A DNA stretch of 64,000 nt from Lysobacterales bacterium. GTDB taxonomy: Bacteria; Pseudomonadota; Gammaproteobacteria; Xanthomonadales; SZUA-5. Under the pieces are notes generated by a model that was not told the DNA's origin, ran no database searches, and saw only the letters and a list, made by a program, of their open reading frames with translations. The translations under genes and the position numbers were made by a program. Location of the stretch: contig JALHMH010000011.1 in the NCBI GenBank assembly GCA_022844165.1, positions 58,028-122,027 on the forward strand, read 5' to 3'. Position 1 is the stretch's first letter. Each line of letters opens with the position of its first letter. Below, piece by piece: positions 42,155-52,392 of this stretch.

Positions 42155-43635
42155 CTGACAACGCACTGCCGTTGGGCGACGGCCGGCCGCTTCACTGGGC
42201 GTCGCCGTTGTACGAATTGGTGTTCCACCTCGCCAATATGATCCCAACGATGCTCGGTCTGGGATTGGCCGCCAGCAGCGAGCGTTTTGCGATATGGGGC
42301 GTGGCCGGCATGATCGTGATGGGCGTGGCGACCATCATTTACAGTGTGTTTGCCGCTCGGCGCATCCGCTACTGGATCACCGACGAGGACCTGGTGATCC
42401 GCAGCGGCATCATTGGTCGTACCGTGCGTCGCATTCCCTGGGCTCGCGTGGAGAACGTGCAGCAAAAACGCAATGTGCTGCATCGATTGACCGGCGTCGC
42501 CGAGGTCGTCGTCGAAGCCGGCGGCGGCATGAATGCTGAGGCCAAACTGCGCGTGCTGAGCCTCGCCGCCGCCGCCGAATTCGAACAAGCGGTGCGTGAG
42601 CACAAACAGGGGACCGCAGCGCCGATATCGCAGGCCGAAACCGCTGCGCTGCTAACACTTGACAGCCCAGAGTTGGTGCGCGCCGGGTTGATCTCGAATC
42701 AGGGCTGGCTTGCAGTCGGCGCAATGTTCGCGCTGGTCTATCAATTCGACGACTACTTTCCTGTTGGGCAGTGGATGAAGGACGCAGGCTCAGCGACGGT
42801 GAGCGCCGTCGGCCTCGACCATGGCGTGGTGTTCTGGATTTCGTTGTTGATCGTGCTCGCGTTGGTTGGATTTGCGCTGATGCGCGTGTTGTCGATCACC
42901 TGGTGGCTGGTGCGCTTTCACGGTTTCTCGTTGCATCTGGTCGACGAGAAGCTGAGCACCGAGCATGGCCTGTTCACCAAGCGGCGCGGAGCGTCGCATC
43001 GCCAGCGCGTGCAGCGCCTGCTGGTGCTCGATGGCTGGTTGTACCGACTATTCAAGCGCCAGGCGATCCAGGTTGGCGTCGCCGGTCAGCGCGAAGCCTT
43101 GAACGAGACCGATTCGCTGCGTTGGCTGGCGCCAGTGGTGCGCGCCGAACGGCGCAGCGAATTGCTCAACGTGGCGCTGCCGATTCTCGACGAACGCTCG
43201 CTCGACTGGCGACCGTTGCACAATAGCGCTGGTTGGCGTGTGTGGTTCAGTCACGCCATTTTCGTGCCACTGCTACTGTTGCTGCTGGTTGTTTCGCCAT
43301 CACTGGTTGCGGTGCTGGTCGTTGCCGCGCTGGTGCTGATCACACTCGACGCGTTTGCCTATGCGCGCTTTGCGGGTTATGCGATCGACGATCGCATCGT
43401 CGCCTTTCGCGAGGGCTTTCTCGATCGGCAAACCTGGTTTGTCCCCATTGACCGCATTGAGTGGGTCGCGCTGATCACCTCGCCGATGGATCGCGCCAAC
43501 GGCACCGCGTCGGTTTCGATCGAACTGCGCACGCGAGGGCCCGGCGGGCGAGCGCAGATACCGATGTTGGCGTTGGCGGATGCGGAAGCGTTGGCGTCGC
43601 GGTTGCGGCAACAGTTGGCGTTGTTAGCCGACTAA
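42151..43635 (+). CDS. bacterial PH-domain membrane protein (YdbT-like)
   Basis: Three TM + bPH modules (IPWARVENV, RVQRL, VPIDRIE); overlaps the ydbS-like gene. Confidence 0.83.
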   Translation: MTDNALPLGDGRPLHWASPLYELVFHLANMIPTMLGLGLAASSERFAIWGVAGMIVMGVATIIYSVFAARRIRYWITDEDLVIRSGIIGRTVRRIPWARVENVQQKRNVLHRLTGVAEVVVEAGGGMNAEAKLRVLSLAAAAEFEQAVREHKQGTAAPISQAETAALLTLDSPELVRAGLISNQGWLAVGAMFALVYQFDDYFPVGQWMKDAGSATVSAVGLDHGVVFWISLLIVLALVGFALMRVLSITWWLVRFHGFSLHLVDEKLSTEHGLFTKRRGASHRQRVQRLLVLDGWLYRLFKRQAIQVGVAGQREALNETDSLRWLAPVVRAERRSELLNVALPILDERSLDWRPLHNSAGWRVWFSHAIFVPLLLLLLVVSPSLVAVLVVAALVLITLDAFAYARFAGYAIDDRIVAFREGFLDRQTWFVPIDRIEWVALITSPMDRANGTASVSIELRTRGPGGRAQIPMLALADAEALASRLRQQLALLAD

Positions 43636-43667
43636 CGACCATTTGAAGGGGCCGCAGCGTCGACACA

Positions 43668-43691
43668 CGGGTCGCGCTCAGGCGCGACCCG
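43668..43691. terminator. GC-rich hairpin between convergent genes
   Basis: CGGGTCGCGC-TCAG-GCGCGACCCG perfect 10-bp stem; no clear U-tract. Confidence 0.45.
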
Positions 43692-43716
43692 AATCCCATG
43701 TTTGCGTCGTCCGGGT

Positions 43717-45114
43717 CTACAACACTTCCGACGCAAAATCTGCCAACCGCGAGCGCTCGCCGCGGCGCAGGGTGATGTGCGCGCTATGCGGCCAATGCTG
43801 GAAGCGGTCGACGGCAAAGGTCAGGCCTGAGGTGGTTTCGGTCAGGTAGGGCGTGTCGATCTGTTCGACGTTGCCCAGGCACACCATTTTGGTACCAGGG
43901 CCAGCGCGCGTCAGCAGCGTCTTCATCTGCTTGGGCGTCAGATTTTGCGCTTCGTCGATGATCACGTAACGTTGCAGGAAAGTACGCCCGCGCATAAAGC
44001 TCATGCTGCGCACTTTGACCCGCGAGTTGAGCAAATCGTTGGTCGCCTGGCGAGCCCAGTTGCTGGAATCCTGCGGGCTGGCGAGCACTTCCAGATTGTC
44101 CGCAAGCGCGCCCATCCACGGGGTCATTTTTTCCTCTTCCGTGCCCGGCAGGAAACCAATGTCTTCGCCCACTGGCACGGTGGCGCGGGTGACGATGATT
44201 TCCTTATAGCGCTGCTGATCCATGGTTTGCGCCAAACCAGCCGCCAGCGCCAGCAGCGTCTTGCCGGTGCCGGCCGTGCCGAGCAAGGTCACAAAATCGA
44301 CCTCCGGATCCATCAGCACATTCAACGCGAAATTTTGTTCGCGATTGCGTGCGCTGATGCCCCAGACCCGGTGCGGATTGCTCTGGTAGTCATCGACGAT
44401 CTGCAGTTTGGCTTTGCCGCCGGCGATGTCGAGCACACGCAACGCGACTTGGTTGTCGTCGCTGAAATGCATGAACTGGTTCGGATGCCAACGTTCGTCG
44501 CGCTTCATCTTGACGCGGTAGAACGTCCGCCCGCGTTCGCTCCAGGATTCGAGTTCCGGGTGTTTGCTCCAGAAATCGGCTTTCAGCGTTTCCACGCCCG
44601 TGTACAGCAGCGCCAAATCGTCCAGCGCGCGATCGTTCTCGTAGTCTTCGGCCTGAATGTTATGGATCTTGGCTTTGATCCGAAGGTTGATGTCCTTCGT
44701 GACCAGAACCACCGGTGTGCGGCCTTTCTCCTCTCGCAGTTGCAGAACCGACATCAGGATCTGATTGTCGGGAATCACCGACCCGAAGTTCTGCGCGCTG
44801 GGTTTGTTCGCCTCCGTCTGGAAGTAGAGGAGGCCCCGCGGTCGGTGTCGGCCCAGGTCCATACCTTCGGGATTCTTGAGCGGTATGCCTTTGGCCAGGT
44901 GCCCGTTGCCGTGCGACTCGATCAGTTCGTTCAAAAAACGGCTGACCTGCCGCACATTGCGCGAGACCTCGCTCACCCCCTTTTTGGCGTTATCCAGTTC
45001 CTCAAGCACCATCATCGGCAAGTAAACGTCGTGTTCCTCGAAACGGAACAGCGCCGTAGGGTCGTGCATCAGCACGTTGGTATCGAGGACGTAGGTGCGC
45101 TTTTTTTGGCTCAT
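43717..45114 (-). CDS. PIN-PhoH family protein
   Basis: YVLDTNVLMHDP PIN domain; GTAGTGKT Walker A; IGFLPG, MRGRT, IIDEAQN. Confidence 0.93.
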   Translation of the reverse strand: MSQKKRTYVLDTNVLMHDPTALFRFEEHDVYLPMMVLEELDNAKKGVSEVSRNVRQVSRFLNELIESHGNGHLAKGIPLKNPEGMDLGRHRPRGLLYFQTEANKPSAQNFGSVIPDNQILMSVLQLREEKGRTPVVLVTKDINLRIKAKIHNIQAEDYENDRALDDLALLYTGVETLKADFWSKHPELESWSERGRTFYRVKMKRDERWHPNQFMHFSDDNQVALRVLDIAGGKAKLQIVDDYQSNPHRVWGISARNREQNFALNVLMDPEVDFVTLLGTAGTGKTLLALAAGLAQTMDQQRYKEIIVTRATVPVGEDIGFLPGTEEEKMTPWMGALADNLEVLASPQDSSNWARQATNDLLNSRVKVRSMSFMRGRTFLQRYVIIDEAQNLTPKQMKTLLTRAGPGTKMVCLGNVEQIDTPYLTETTSGLTFAVDRFQHWPHSAHITLRRGERSRLADFASEVL

Positions 45115-45157
45115 CGGGCTTCTGGAAATGGTGAGTGAGGACGCGCCGAACGGCGCG

Positions 45158-45715
45158 TCAACCCTTGACGGGTTCGAGGATCGCGTCGAGGTTCAACGAG
45201 TCGCAAAACTCGAGAAAGTCTTCGCGCAGGCTGGAGATATGTGCTGAGGCAGGAATGCCGATAGCGATCTGCGCGGAGAACATCTCGGCACCGGTCGTCG
45301 AGGCGCGATAGCGTGACGACGAGAGAGACTCCACCAGAATTCCGCGACGTGCGAAGAATTCGCCCAGCTGATACAAGATGCCGGGTCGATCGGCGGCAAT
45401 CGCTTCAACCGTGTATGGCAGGTGGTTGCCCGCGAGTTCGCGTGAGCCAGTGCGACGGATCGTCAGCGCAATTTGTTCATCGCGCTGCATCTTGCCGAGC
45501 GCGTTTTCGCATTTGGCGATTGCGTCCCACGAGCCCGATGCGAGCAGTAGCACGCTGACTTCCTGGCCGAGCATCGAGACGCGTGCTTCCAGCAAATTGC
45601 AGCCGGCGTCAACAACGCGCTTACCAATGACGGTCAGCAGCGACACCGAATTGGGCGCCAACGCGGAAACGAGCAGATGATTGTCGGGGACGGCGGGGCG
45701 AGTTGTGTCGGTCAC
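45158..45715 (-). CDS. gcvR: glycine cleavage system regulator GcvR (double ACT)
   Basis: GCNLLEAR, GSWDAIAK, DRPGIL, FLEFCDSLNLD; divergent from dapA; start uncertain. Confidence 0.85.
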   Translation of the reverse strand: MTDTTRPAVPDNHLLVSALAPNSVSLLTVIGKRVVDAGCNLLEARVSMLGQEVSVLLLASGSWDAIAKCENALGKMQRDEQIALTIRRTGSRELAGNHLPYTVEAIAADRPGILYQLGEFFARRGILVESLSSSRYRASTTGAEMFSAQIAIGIPASAHISSLREDFLEFCDSLNLDAILEPVKG

Positions 45716-45891
45716 TGTGTGGGATTGTGATCTACGGGAAGCGCCATCTGCCTTTAAATCGGCCGAAGGCGAGCCGCTCAGAATACTTGTCACCCTTCAA
45801 AGGCCGCAAGTAACATCGTTCGACTTTTTATCGCGGGTAACGGGGACCGGCAAAGACCGATCGCGTCCCGTCCGCCAACCAACTCATAGGA

Positions 45892-46782
45892 ATGAACGTG
45901 CAAATCACCGGTAGCATTCCGGCGCTTGTGACGCCGTTTCAACATAATGGTGCGCTCGATTTGGTGGCTTTCGATGCGTTACTTGAGTGGCAGCTTGCGT
46001 CTGGATCAAGTGCCATCGTGGTCGCTGGCTCGACCGGCGAGTCTGGTGCGCTGGAGCCATTGGAGTTGACGGCGCTGGTTGCCGCCGCCGTGCGGCGATT
46101 GCAGGGGCGCATACCGGTCATTGTTGGCGTCGGCGCGGCTGCAACGTCGAAAGCACTGTCGTTGCTTCGCCTCGCCCACGAAGCCGGTGCCGACGCTGCC
46201 TTGGCGGTCACGCCATACTATTGCCGGCCGACACAGGCCGGGCTCATTGCGCACTTCGAGGCCCTGGCAGCTGGGCCGCTGCCGGTCATTTTGTACAACG
46301 TTCCGGCGCGCACCGGCGTCGATCTGCTACCCGCTTCGGTGTCCATGCTGGCCCGACATCCACGGATTGTCGGCGTGAAAGAGGCTGTCGCTGAACGCAG
46401 CCGGTGGCGAGCATTAATCGACCTGCAATCCGAGGACTTTTGTGTGGTGAGTGGCGATGATGCCACCGCGCTCGATGCGATCCGCGATGGGGCCCGTGGT
46501 CTGATTTCGGTCGCAGCGAACGCGGTTCCGGCCGCCTTCGCTGAACTGATTGCCGCCGCACGCGCCGGGCGTTGGGAAAAAGCAAACGCAATCGACGCTA
46601 TGCTCGCGCCCTTAATCGCTGCGCTGGAAGCGGCGCCGAACCCGATCGCGATCAAGGCAGCTTTAGCGCACCTGAGTCGTATCGAGGACGTTCTTCGGCT
46701 GCCACTGCAGCCATTGGATGCGACGTTGCGTCCTGGGCTGCACGCGGCGCTGGCCGACGTTCAGGGTCAATGGGCGGCATAA
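45892..46782 (+). CDS. dapA: 4-hydroxy-tetrahydrodipicolinate synthase
   Basis: ALVTPF, GSTGE, TPYY, LYNVPART, GVKEA, SGDD, PNPI. Confidence 0.95.
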   Translation: MNVQITGSIPALVTPFQHNGALDLVAFDALLEWQLASGSSAIVVAGSTGESGALEPLELTALVAAAVRRLQGRIPVIVGVGAAATSKALSLLRLAHEAGADAALAVTPYYCRPTQAGLIAHFEALAAGPLPVILYNVPARTGVDLLPASVSMLARHPRIVGVKEAVAERSRWRALIDLQSEDFCVVSGDDATALDAIRDGARGLISVAANAVPAAFAELIAAARAGRWEKANAIDAMLAPLIAALEAAPNPIAIKAALAHLSRIEDVLRLPLQPLDATLRPGLHAALADVQGQWAA

Positions 46783-46806
46783 ACGAATCAGGACGAGGAG
46801 AGGTCG

Positions 46807-47376
46807 GTGCTAAAACGCCAAGGTTTAACGCTCGCAGTGCTGCTGATAGCCACGACTGGATGCAATTGGGTCAATCGCCCGATCGTTTATGAGACGGCTC
46901 GCGAAACGCCGCCGCTGGAAGTTCCAAACAACCTGATTGCTCCCTCCCCGAATCCGGCTGCTCAGATACCGCCGGCTGGCGACGCCACTGAAGCTGCGTA
47001 CGATGCAACGCCACCGCCGTTGAGCGGCGGCGTGAGTGCGCCTGCCAACACCGGTCCAACAGAGCTTCGCATTGAAGATACAAGTGCCAGTGCCTGGCGT
47101 CGTGTGGGTGCAGCGTTGGATGACAGCAATTGTTGTGAGATTGTCGGTCGTGACGAAGCGGCGATGACGTACGACCTTGAAGTCGCAAACGCCGGCAACC
47201 GACCCGGGTTCTTTCGCCGCGTCTTTGGTGGCAAGGGGGCGAGGACCGCGATGACCGTGCGCATCAAGGCGGTGGGCGAGGTGTCGGAGGTCTTGGTAGT
47301 CGATGCGTCGGGCGAAGTTCGCAAAGATGCATTGGCGAGCCGGGTTCTGAGTGCAATCGACGCATCGCTGGAATAG
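46807..47376 (+). CDS. lipoprotein, short BamC/NlpB-like
   Basis: GAGGAG RBS, lipobox TTGC, PPLEVP..L..P, AWRRVGAAL; position downstream of dapA. Confidence 0.65.
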   Translation: MLKRQGLTLAVLLIATTGCNWVNRPIVYETARETPPLEVPNNLIAPSPNPAAQIPPAGDATEAAYDATPPPLSGGVSAPANTGPTELRIEDTSASAWRRVGAALDDSNCCEIVGRDEAAMTYDLEVANAGNRPGFFRRVFGGKGARTAMTVRIKAVGEVSEVLVVDASGEVRKDALASRVLSAIDASLE

Positions 47377-47390
47377 TCGCCGCCGAGCCT

Positions 47391-47714
47391 TCAACGCTCA
47401 AGATATTTGAGCTTCTCGGTCACTTTTTCCCAGGCTTTTGCATCGGCCGGCGCGTCTTTTCGGGTCGCGATGACCGGCCACTGCGCAGCCAGTTCGCGAT
47501 TCAGCGCAATGAACGATTCCTGCCCTGCAGGCACATCGTCTTCCGGATAAATGGCGTTGACCGGGCACTCGGGTTCGCACAAAGTGCAATCGATGCACTC
47601 GTCCGGATCAATGACCAGAAAGTTCGGCCCCTCATGGAAGCAGTCGACCGGACAAACCTCGACGCAATCGGTGAACTTGCATTTGATGCAGCTTTCTGTG
47701 ACGACAAAGGGCAT
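47391..47714 (-). CDS. fdxA: 7Fe ferredoxin FdxA
   Basis: [17 protein letters not shown]...[12 protein letters not shown]. Confidence 0.96.
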   Translation of the reverse strand: MPFVVTESCIKCKFTDCVEVCPVDCFHEGPNFLVIDPDECIDCTLCEPECPVNAIYPEDDVPAGQESFIALNRELAAQWPVIATRKDAPADAKAWEKVTEKLKYLER

Positions 47715-47813
47715 ACCGATGGTGTGCTGAGAAGAAAATGGGGAAACGAACTTCACGAGGCTCGGTCCAGTGCGCAAGTACGCTGGCCGATGTGGTGCCC
47801 GTAGATCTCAGGA

Positions 47814-47888
47814 TGGCGCTCCCTACGAGAATCGAACTCGTGTTTTAGCCTTGAGAGGGCCACGTCCTGACCGCTAGACGAAGGGAGC
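47814..47888 (-). tRNA. tRNA-Glu(CTC)
   Basis: GCTCCCT-TCGTCTAGCGGTCAGGAC...TGGCC-CT CTC AA-GGCTA...GTTCGATT...AGGGAGC-GCCA, 75 nt. Confidence 0.95.
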
Positions 47889-48030
47889 AACAAATCTGAA
47901 GCCAACGACAGGCGGCGGATACTAACGTTCGGCCGAACGTGGGACAATAAGCTGCGCTCAAAAGTCAGCGGAGATTTAGGCGGGCGCGCTCAGAGCCGAT
48001 CCAAGCCGCTCTTCTACACGGAAACCATGG

Positions 48031-49347
48031 ATGTCTAACACGGATGTTTCGACGGCGCATGCGCCGCGGATTTTGACTCGCGCAGAGCATGAGGTGTCGC
48101 GCAAGAACATCAGTCCAGCCGCATTGCGCGTGCTTTATGGGCTTAAGGAAGCCGGCTTTCAGGCGCACCTGGTCGGCGGTGGTGTTCGCGATCTGCTGCT
48201 CGGCGGCGAACCTAAAGATTTCGATGTGGCCACAAACGCAACGCCAGCCGAATTGCGAACGGTCTTTCGCCAGTGTCGGCTGATCGGCAGGCGTTTCGTG
48301 ATTGCACATGTTCGCTATGGCGACGAGATTATCGAAGTGACCACTTTTCGCGGCAAGGGCGATGCGCTCGATATCGACCGTGAGGTCGAGGCGGACGGTC
48401 GGATTTTGCGCGACAACGTCTTTGGCTCGATGGAAGAGGACGCCTTGCGTCGCGACTTCACGATCAACGCGCTGTACTACAACATCGACGATTTTTCGGT
48501 CGTCGACTACGTTGGTGGCCTGGATGATCTGAATGCCCGTCAGTTGCGGCTCATCGGCGATCCCGAGACACGTTATCGGGAAGATCCGGTGAGGATGCTG
48601 CGTGCCGCACGTTTTGCGGGGAAGTTGGGGTTCGCTATTGCGCCGGAGACCGAAGCACCGATTGAGCGTCTGGCGAACCTGCTCGATGGAATTCCACCGG
48701 CGCGCTTGTTCGACGATTTGTTGAAGCTATTCCTTTTTGGCCACGCCGAGCGTAGTTTCGATCAGCTGTTGCGATTGAAGTTGTTTGAGCACTTGTTTCC
48801 GCAGGTCGAGTTGAGTGAGGCAAATCTGGCGTTGATTCGTGCCGCGTTGCGCAGCACCGATGAGCGCGTTGGTCTGGGCAAGCCGGTAACGCCAGCGTTT
48901 GTGTTCGCAGCGATCCTGTGGAGCGTTTACCGCCAGCGTCTCGGTACCGAGACCGACGATAGCGCCATTGATGCCGCGGCTGACAACGTCTTTTTGCGCG
49001 CCAGCCGACGCGTTGCGATACCCAGGCGATTCTCCGTTGTTGCCCGCGATATCTGGTGGATGCAGCAACGCATGATCGTGAAAAGCGCCGCGCGCGCGAA
49101 GCGCGTGATGCGCCATCCGAAATTCCGCGCGGGCTTTGACTTTTTGCTGCTGCGTGCAGGCCTGAACCCGGCATTGCAGCCGTTGGCGCGGCTCTGGGAG
49201 CAGCTGCAGGGCGCACCAGCAGCCAGTGATACCAGCTTTGCCCAGGCATCCGGCGAGGATGTTGCGGCCAAACCGAGACCGCGCAATCGGCGTCGACGTG
49301 GGCCACGTCCAGTCGTGCCAGGCGCCGGGGAAGCGGTGGCTGAATGA
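48031..49347 (+). CDS. pcnB: poly(A) polymerase I
   Basis: LVGGGVRDLL, KDFDVAT, LIGRRF, RRDFTINAL, EDPVRMLRA, basic C-terminal tail. Confidence 0.95.
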   Translation: MSNTDVSTAHAPRILTRAEHEVSRKNISPAALRVLYGLKEAGFQAHLVGGGVRDLLLGGEPKDFDVATNATPAELRTVFRQCRLIGRRFVIAHVRYGDEIIEVTTFRGKGDALDIDREVEADGRILRDNVFGSMEEDALRRDFTINALYYNIDDFSVVDYVGGLDDLNARQLRLIGDPETRYREDPVRMLRAARFAGKLGFAIAPETEAPIERLANLLDGIPPARLFDDLLKLFLFGHAERSFDQLLRLKLFEHLFPQVELSEANLALIRAALRSTDERVGLGKPVTPAFVFAAILWSVYRQRLGTETDDSAIDAAADNVFLRASRRVAIPRRFSVVARDIWWMQQRMIVKSAARAKRVMRHPKFRAGFDFLLLRAGLNPALQPLARLWEQLQGAPAASDTSFAQASGEDVAAKPRPRNRRRRGPRPVVPGAGEAVAE

Positions 49348-49835
49348 GTCTCGCGGTTGTTGCGATCGGCAGTAATCTTGGCGATCGCGCTGCGAACGTC
49401 AGAGCCGCATTCCACGAACTGCGTGCGCTGTCGGACGGCGAAGTCGTGCATTCGCGGTTATACGGTTCGGCAGCCTGGGGCGATGTCTCCCAGCCTGACT
49501 ATGTCAACGCGGTTGCGATGTTCGAAACGCAACGGGATCCGCACGCATTGCTTGATGCGCTGCTCGATATCGAACGTCGCTTCGGTCGCGTACGCTCGGC
49601 AGAAAGGCGGTATGCAGCACGCTATCTAGACTTGGACTTGATCGCACTCGGGGCACGGCATATCCACGACTCGCACCTGACCCTGCCACACCCGCATGCG
49701 CATGTTCGTGCTTTCGTATTGGTTCCCTTGGCGGAGATTGCGCCAACCCTGGTTTTGCCTGGGCATGGCGCAATCGAATCGCTGCTCAAGCCAGAGTTCG
49801 TTAGCCTGTGCTGGCCACTCGCCAGTACGGAGTAA
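49344..49835 (+). CDS. folK: HPPK (6-hydroxymethyl-7,8-dihydropterin pyrophosphokinase)
   Basis: IGSNLG, YVNAV, RYLDLDLI, LTLPHP, RAFVLVPL. Confidence 0.95.
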   Translation: MSLAVVAIGSNLGDRAANVRAAFHELRALSDGEVVHSRLYGSAAWGDVSQPDYVNAVAMFETQRDPHALLDALLDIERRFGRVRSAERRYAARYLDLDLIALGARHIHDSHLTLPHPHAHVRAFVLVPLAEIAPTLVLPGHGAIESLLKPEFVSLCWPLASTE

Positions 49836-49838
49836 CGC

Positions 49839-50660
49839 GTGTACGCCAATACCGAATCTCAACGTCCATTCACCGTGCCTGACCTGCGGCGCATGAAACA
49901 AGCGGGCACCGCTATTGTGGTGCTCACCGCCTACGACGCCAGCGGCGCCGCGCTGCTGGACGCCGCTGGCATCGATGTTGCGCTCGTTGGTGACTCGTTG
50001 GGTATGGTGGTGCAGGGCGCTCGCAACACCTTGTCGGTCAGCGTCGAGGATATCGCTTACCACACGCGCGCCGTGCGCGCGGGACTCAAACGCGCCTTGT
50101 TGATGGCAGATTTGCCGTTTCTGAGCTACGCCACGCGCGCACGCGCACTGCGTAGCGCCGAAGTGCTGATCGGTGCTGCGGGCGCTGACATGCTCAAGCT
50201 GGAGGGCGGCGAGCCTCCGATGCTGGCGATGATCGAGTTTCTGGCGAAGCGCGAAGTGCCGGTGTGCGCGCACCTTGGATTGACGCCGCAGTCGGTACTG
50301 CGCCTGGGCGGGTATAAAGTCCAGGGGCGCGAGCAGGCCGCTCATGAGGCGATTGTTGCACAAGCCCATGCGGTGGCCGCCGCTGGCGCGGCTGCCTTGG
50401 TGCTCGAGTGTGTGCCCGATGCGCTGGCGAAGGAGGTCACCGCCGCCATCGACATCCCAACCATCGGCATTGGCGCAGGCGTACACTGCGATGGCCAGGT
50501 GCTGGTGATGCATGACATGCTGGGCATGGCCTGCGGTCGTCGGCCGCGTTTCGTCAAGGATTTTTTGAGCGGCACGAGCGGCGTGCGTGCTGCGTTTGAG
50601 GCGTATGCGCAGGCCGTGCGCGAACGCAGTTTTCCGGGTGAGGAACACTCCTACGCCTGA
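49839..50660 (+). CDS. panB: 3-methyl-2-oxobutanoate hydroxymethyltransferase
   Basis: LTAYDA, LVGDSLGM, KLEGG, HLGLTPQS, IGIGAG. Confidence 0.97.
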   Translation: MYANTESQRPFTVPDLRRMKQAGTAIVVLTAYDASGAALLDAAGIDVALVGDSLGMVVQGARNTLSVSVEDIAYHTRAVRAGLKRALLMADLPFLSYATRARALRSAEVLIGAAGADMLKLEGGEPPMLAMIEFLAKREVPVCAHLGLTPQSVLRLGGYKVQGREQAAHEAIVAQAHAVAAAGAAALVLECVPDALAKEVTAAIDIPTIGIGAGVHCDGQVLVMHDMLGMACGRRPRFVKDFLSGTSGVRAAFEAYAQAVRERSFPGEEHSYA

Positions 50661-50691
50661 TCTATGCCGCCAATCCTGCACGAAACTGACC

Positions 50692-51537
50692 ATGCCCCTC
50701 AGCATCAGCCATACCCGCGCCGAAACTCAAAGCCAGGTCAGCCAGTGGCGCCGCGCCGGTCAGCGCATCGCGCTGGTGCCAACCATGGGAAATTTGCATC
50801 GGGGGCATTTTGCGTTGGTCGAACGCGCTCGCCAAGTGGCGGACCGAGTGATCGCTACGGTATTCGTCAACCCGACGCAGTTCGGTCCTGACGAGGACTT
50901 CAATACCTATCCGCGGACGCTGGATACCGACGCCACGGGATTGGCAGAGGCTGGTTGCGATCTCTTGTATGCGCCAAGCATTGCCGACATGTACCCGTAT
51001 GGCGAGCCCCGCTGCTGGGTCGAGGTGCCGGCGTTATCGGACATCCTATGTGGCGCGTTCCGCCCAGGCCATTTTCGCGGTGTGGCAACCGTTGTTGCCC
51101 GGTTGTTCTTGCACACCCAGCCAGATGTTGCAGTGTTTGGCGAGAAAGACTTTCAGCAACTGATGGTCATTCGCTACATGACGCTCGATCTCGGGTTCCC
51201 GACTGAGATTGTTGGCATGCCGACTGTGCGCGAAGACAACGGTCTTGCCATGAGTTCGCGCAATCAATACCTCACGCCGAAGGAGCGGCAACGCGCGGGA
51301 TTGATTTATCGCCTGCTGCGCGATACAGAAGCTGCTGTGCACCGCGGCGATGCGCTGGAACGCACGCTCGCCGGAGGACTTCGCACGCTCGTTGCCGCTG
51401 GATTCTCGCCAGATTATTTTGAAGCACGCGATGCCGAGTCGCTGGGCCCGGTGTCTGACGGCGATCTCGTTTTGCTGGTGGCTGCCCGCCTGGGCAAAGC
51501 GCGCTTGATCGACAACTGGGTGGTTCGACGACCCTGA
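50692..51537 (+). CDS. panC: pantoate--beta-alanine ligase
   Basis: VPTMGNLHRGH, FVNPTQF, RPGHFRGV, GEKDFQQ, LAMSSRN, RLIDN. Confidence 0.97.
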   Translation: MPLSISHTRAETQSQVSQWRRAGQRIALVPTMGNLHRGHFALVERARQVADRVIATVFVNPTQFGPDEDFNTYPRTLDTDATGLAEAGCDLLYAPSIADMYPYGEPRCWVEVPALSDILCGAFRPGHFRGVATVVARLFLHTQPDVAVFGEKDFQQLMVIRYMTLDLGFPTEIVGMPTVREDNGLAMSSRNQYLTPKERQRAGLIYRLLRDTEAAVHRGDALERTLAGGLRTLVAAGFSPDYFEARDAESLGPVSDGDLVLLVAARLGKARLIDNWVVRRP

Positions 51538-51736
51538 TGCAGCTGCATCCGTCACTCAGCCACGAAGAGCCGGCACCTTCGCTCCACGCTGAAGCGGTTC
51601 GACGTGCCGCTCTGCCAGTGTCTATCAGAATCTGAGTTGTGCCAAAACGCGTGACTCTCGCCCCACGCCCACTGCGGCTCGCACTGTTTGATCTGTCCTC
51701 TGGTCGCCGTGGTCAGGATTCTCGGCCGCAGAATCG

Positions 51737-51766
51737 TTGACGTTTTATTCTAGAACGAGCATTCTA
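51737..51766 (+). promoter_or_regulatory. tetR promoter with overlapping palindromic operator
   Basis: TTGACG-17 bp-CATTCT; inverted repeat TAGAA-N6-TTCTA at 51751-51766. Confidence 0.55.
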
Positions 51767-51771
51767 ATTGC

Positions 51772-52392
51772 ATGGCACGCCATGCGAAATTCAGTAACGA
51801 TGAAGTCATCGACGCAACCGCGCGGCTGTCGGCCCGCGCGGGACCGCGCCAAGTCACCATCGGTGCGATCGCCAGCGAATTAGCGGCGCCGACTGGATCG
51901 ATCTACCACCGTTTCAGTTCGCGCGATGTTCTGCTCGGCGAGGTCTGGCTGCGCGCAGTGGAGGGTTTTCAAGCAGCGTTTGCGGCGCGATTATCCGCAG
52001 GCGCGCCCTACGAAGCGGGGTTGTCTGCAGCACTTTACGTTCCCGCCTTTGTGCGCGCCGATCCCATTAGTTCGCGCAATTTGCTGCTCCACCGCCGTGA
52101 GGATTTTTTTCAGGGCGCGTGGCCCGAGCCTATGGTGCAGCGCGCGCAAACGCTGAAGTCTGAATTGGACACCGGCCTGCGGCGCTACGCGCGCTCGCTA
52201 CTCGATCGCGCCGATGCACCCGCACTGCGTTTGGTCAAGTTCGTGCTCGTCGATGTGCCGCTCGCGGCAGTGTTGCCGCATCTGCGCAACGACGAGCCGC
52301 CGACGGGCATCGTCGACCGTCTGATCGAAACCACCTATCGCGCGTCGCTGGATGCGGCGAAGCATCTTTTGCCACCCAGGAGGCCTGTATGA
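51772..52392 (+). CDS. TetR/AcrR family regulator
   Basis: HTH TIGAIASELAAPTGSIYHRFSSRD. Confidence 0.92.
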   Translation: MARHAKFSNDEVIDATARLSARAGPRQVTIGAIASELAAPTGSIYHRFSSRDVLLGEVWLRAVEGFQAAFAARLSAGAPYEAGLSAALYVPAFVRADPISSRNLLLHRREDFFQGAWPEPMVQRAQTLKSELDTGLRRYARSLLDRADAPALRLVKFVLVDVPLAAVLPHLRNDEPPTGIVDRLIETTYRASLDAAKHLLPPRRPV

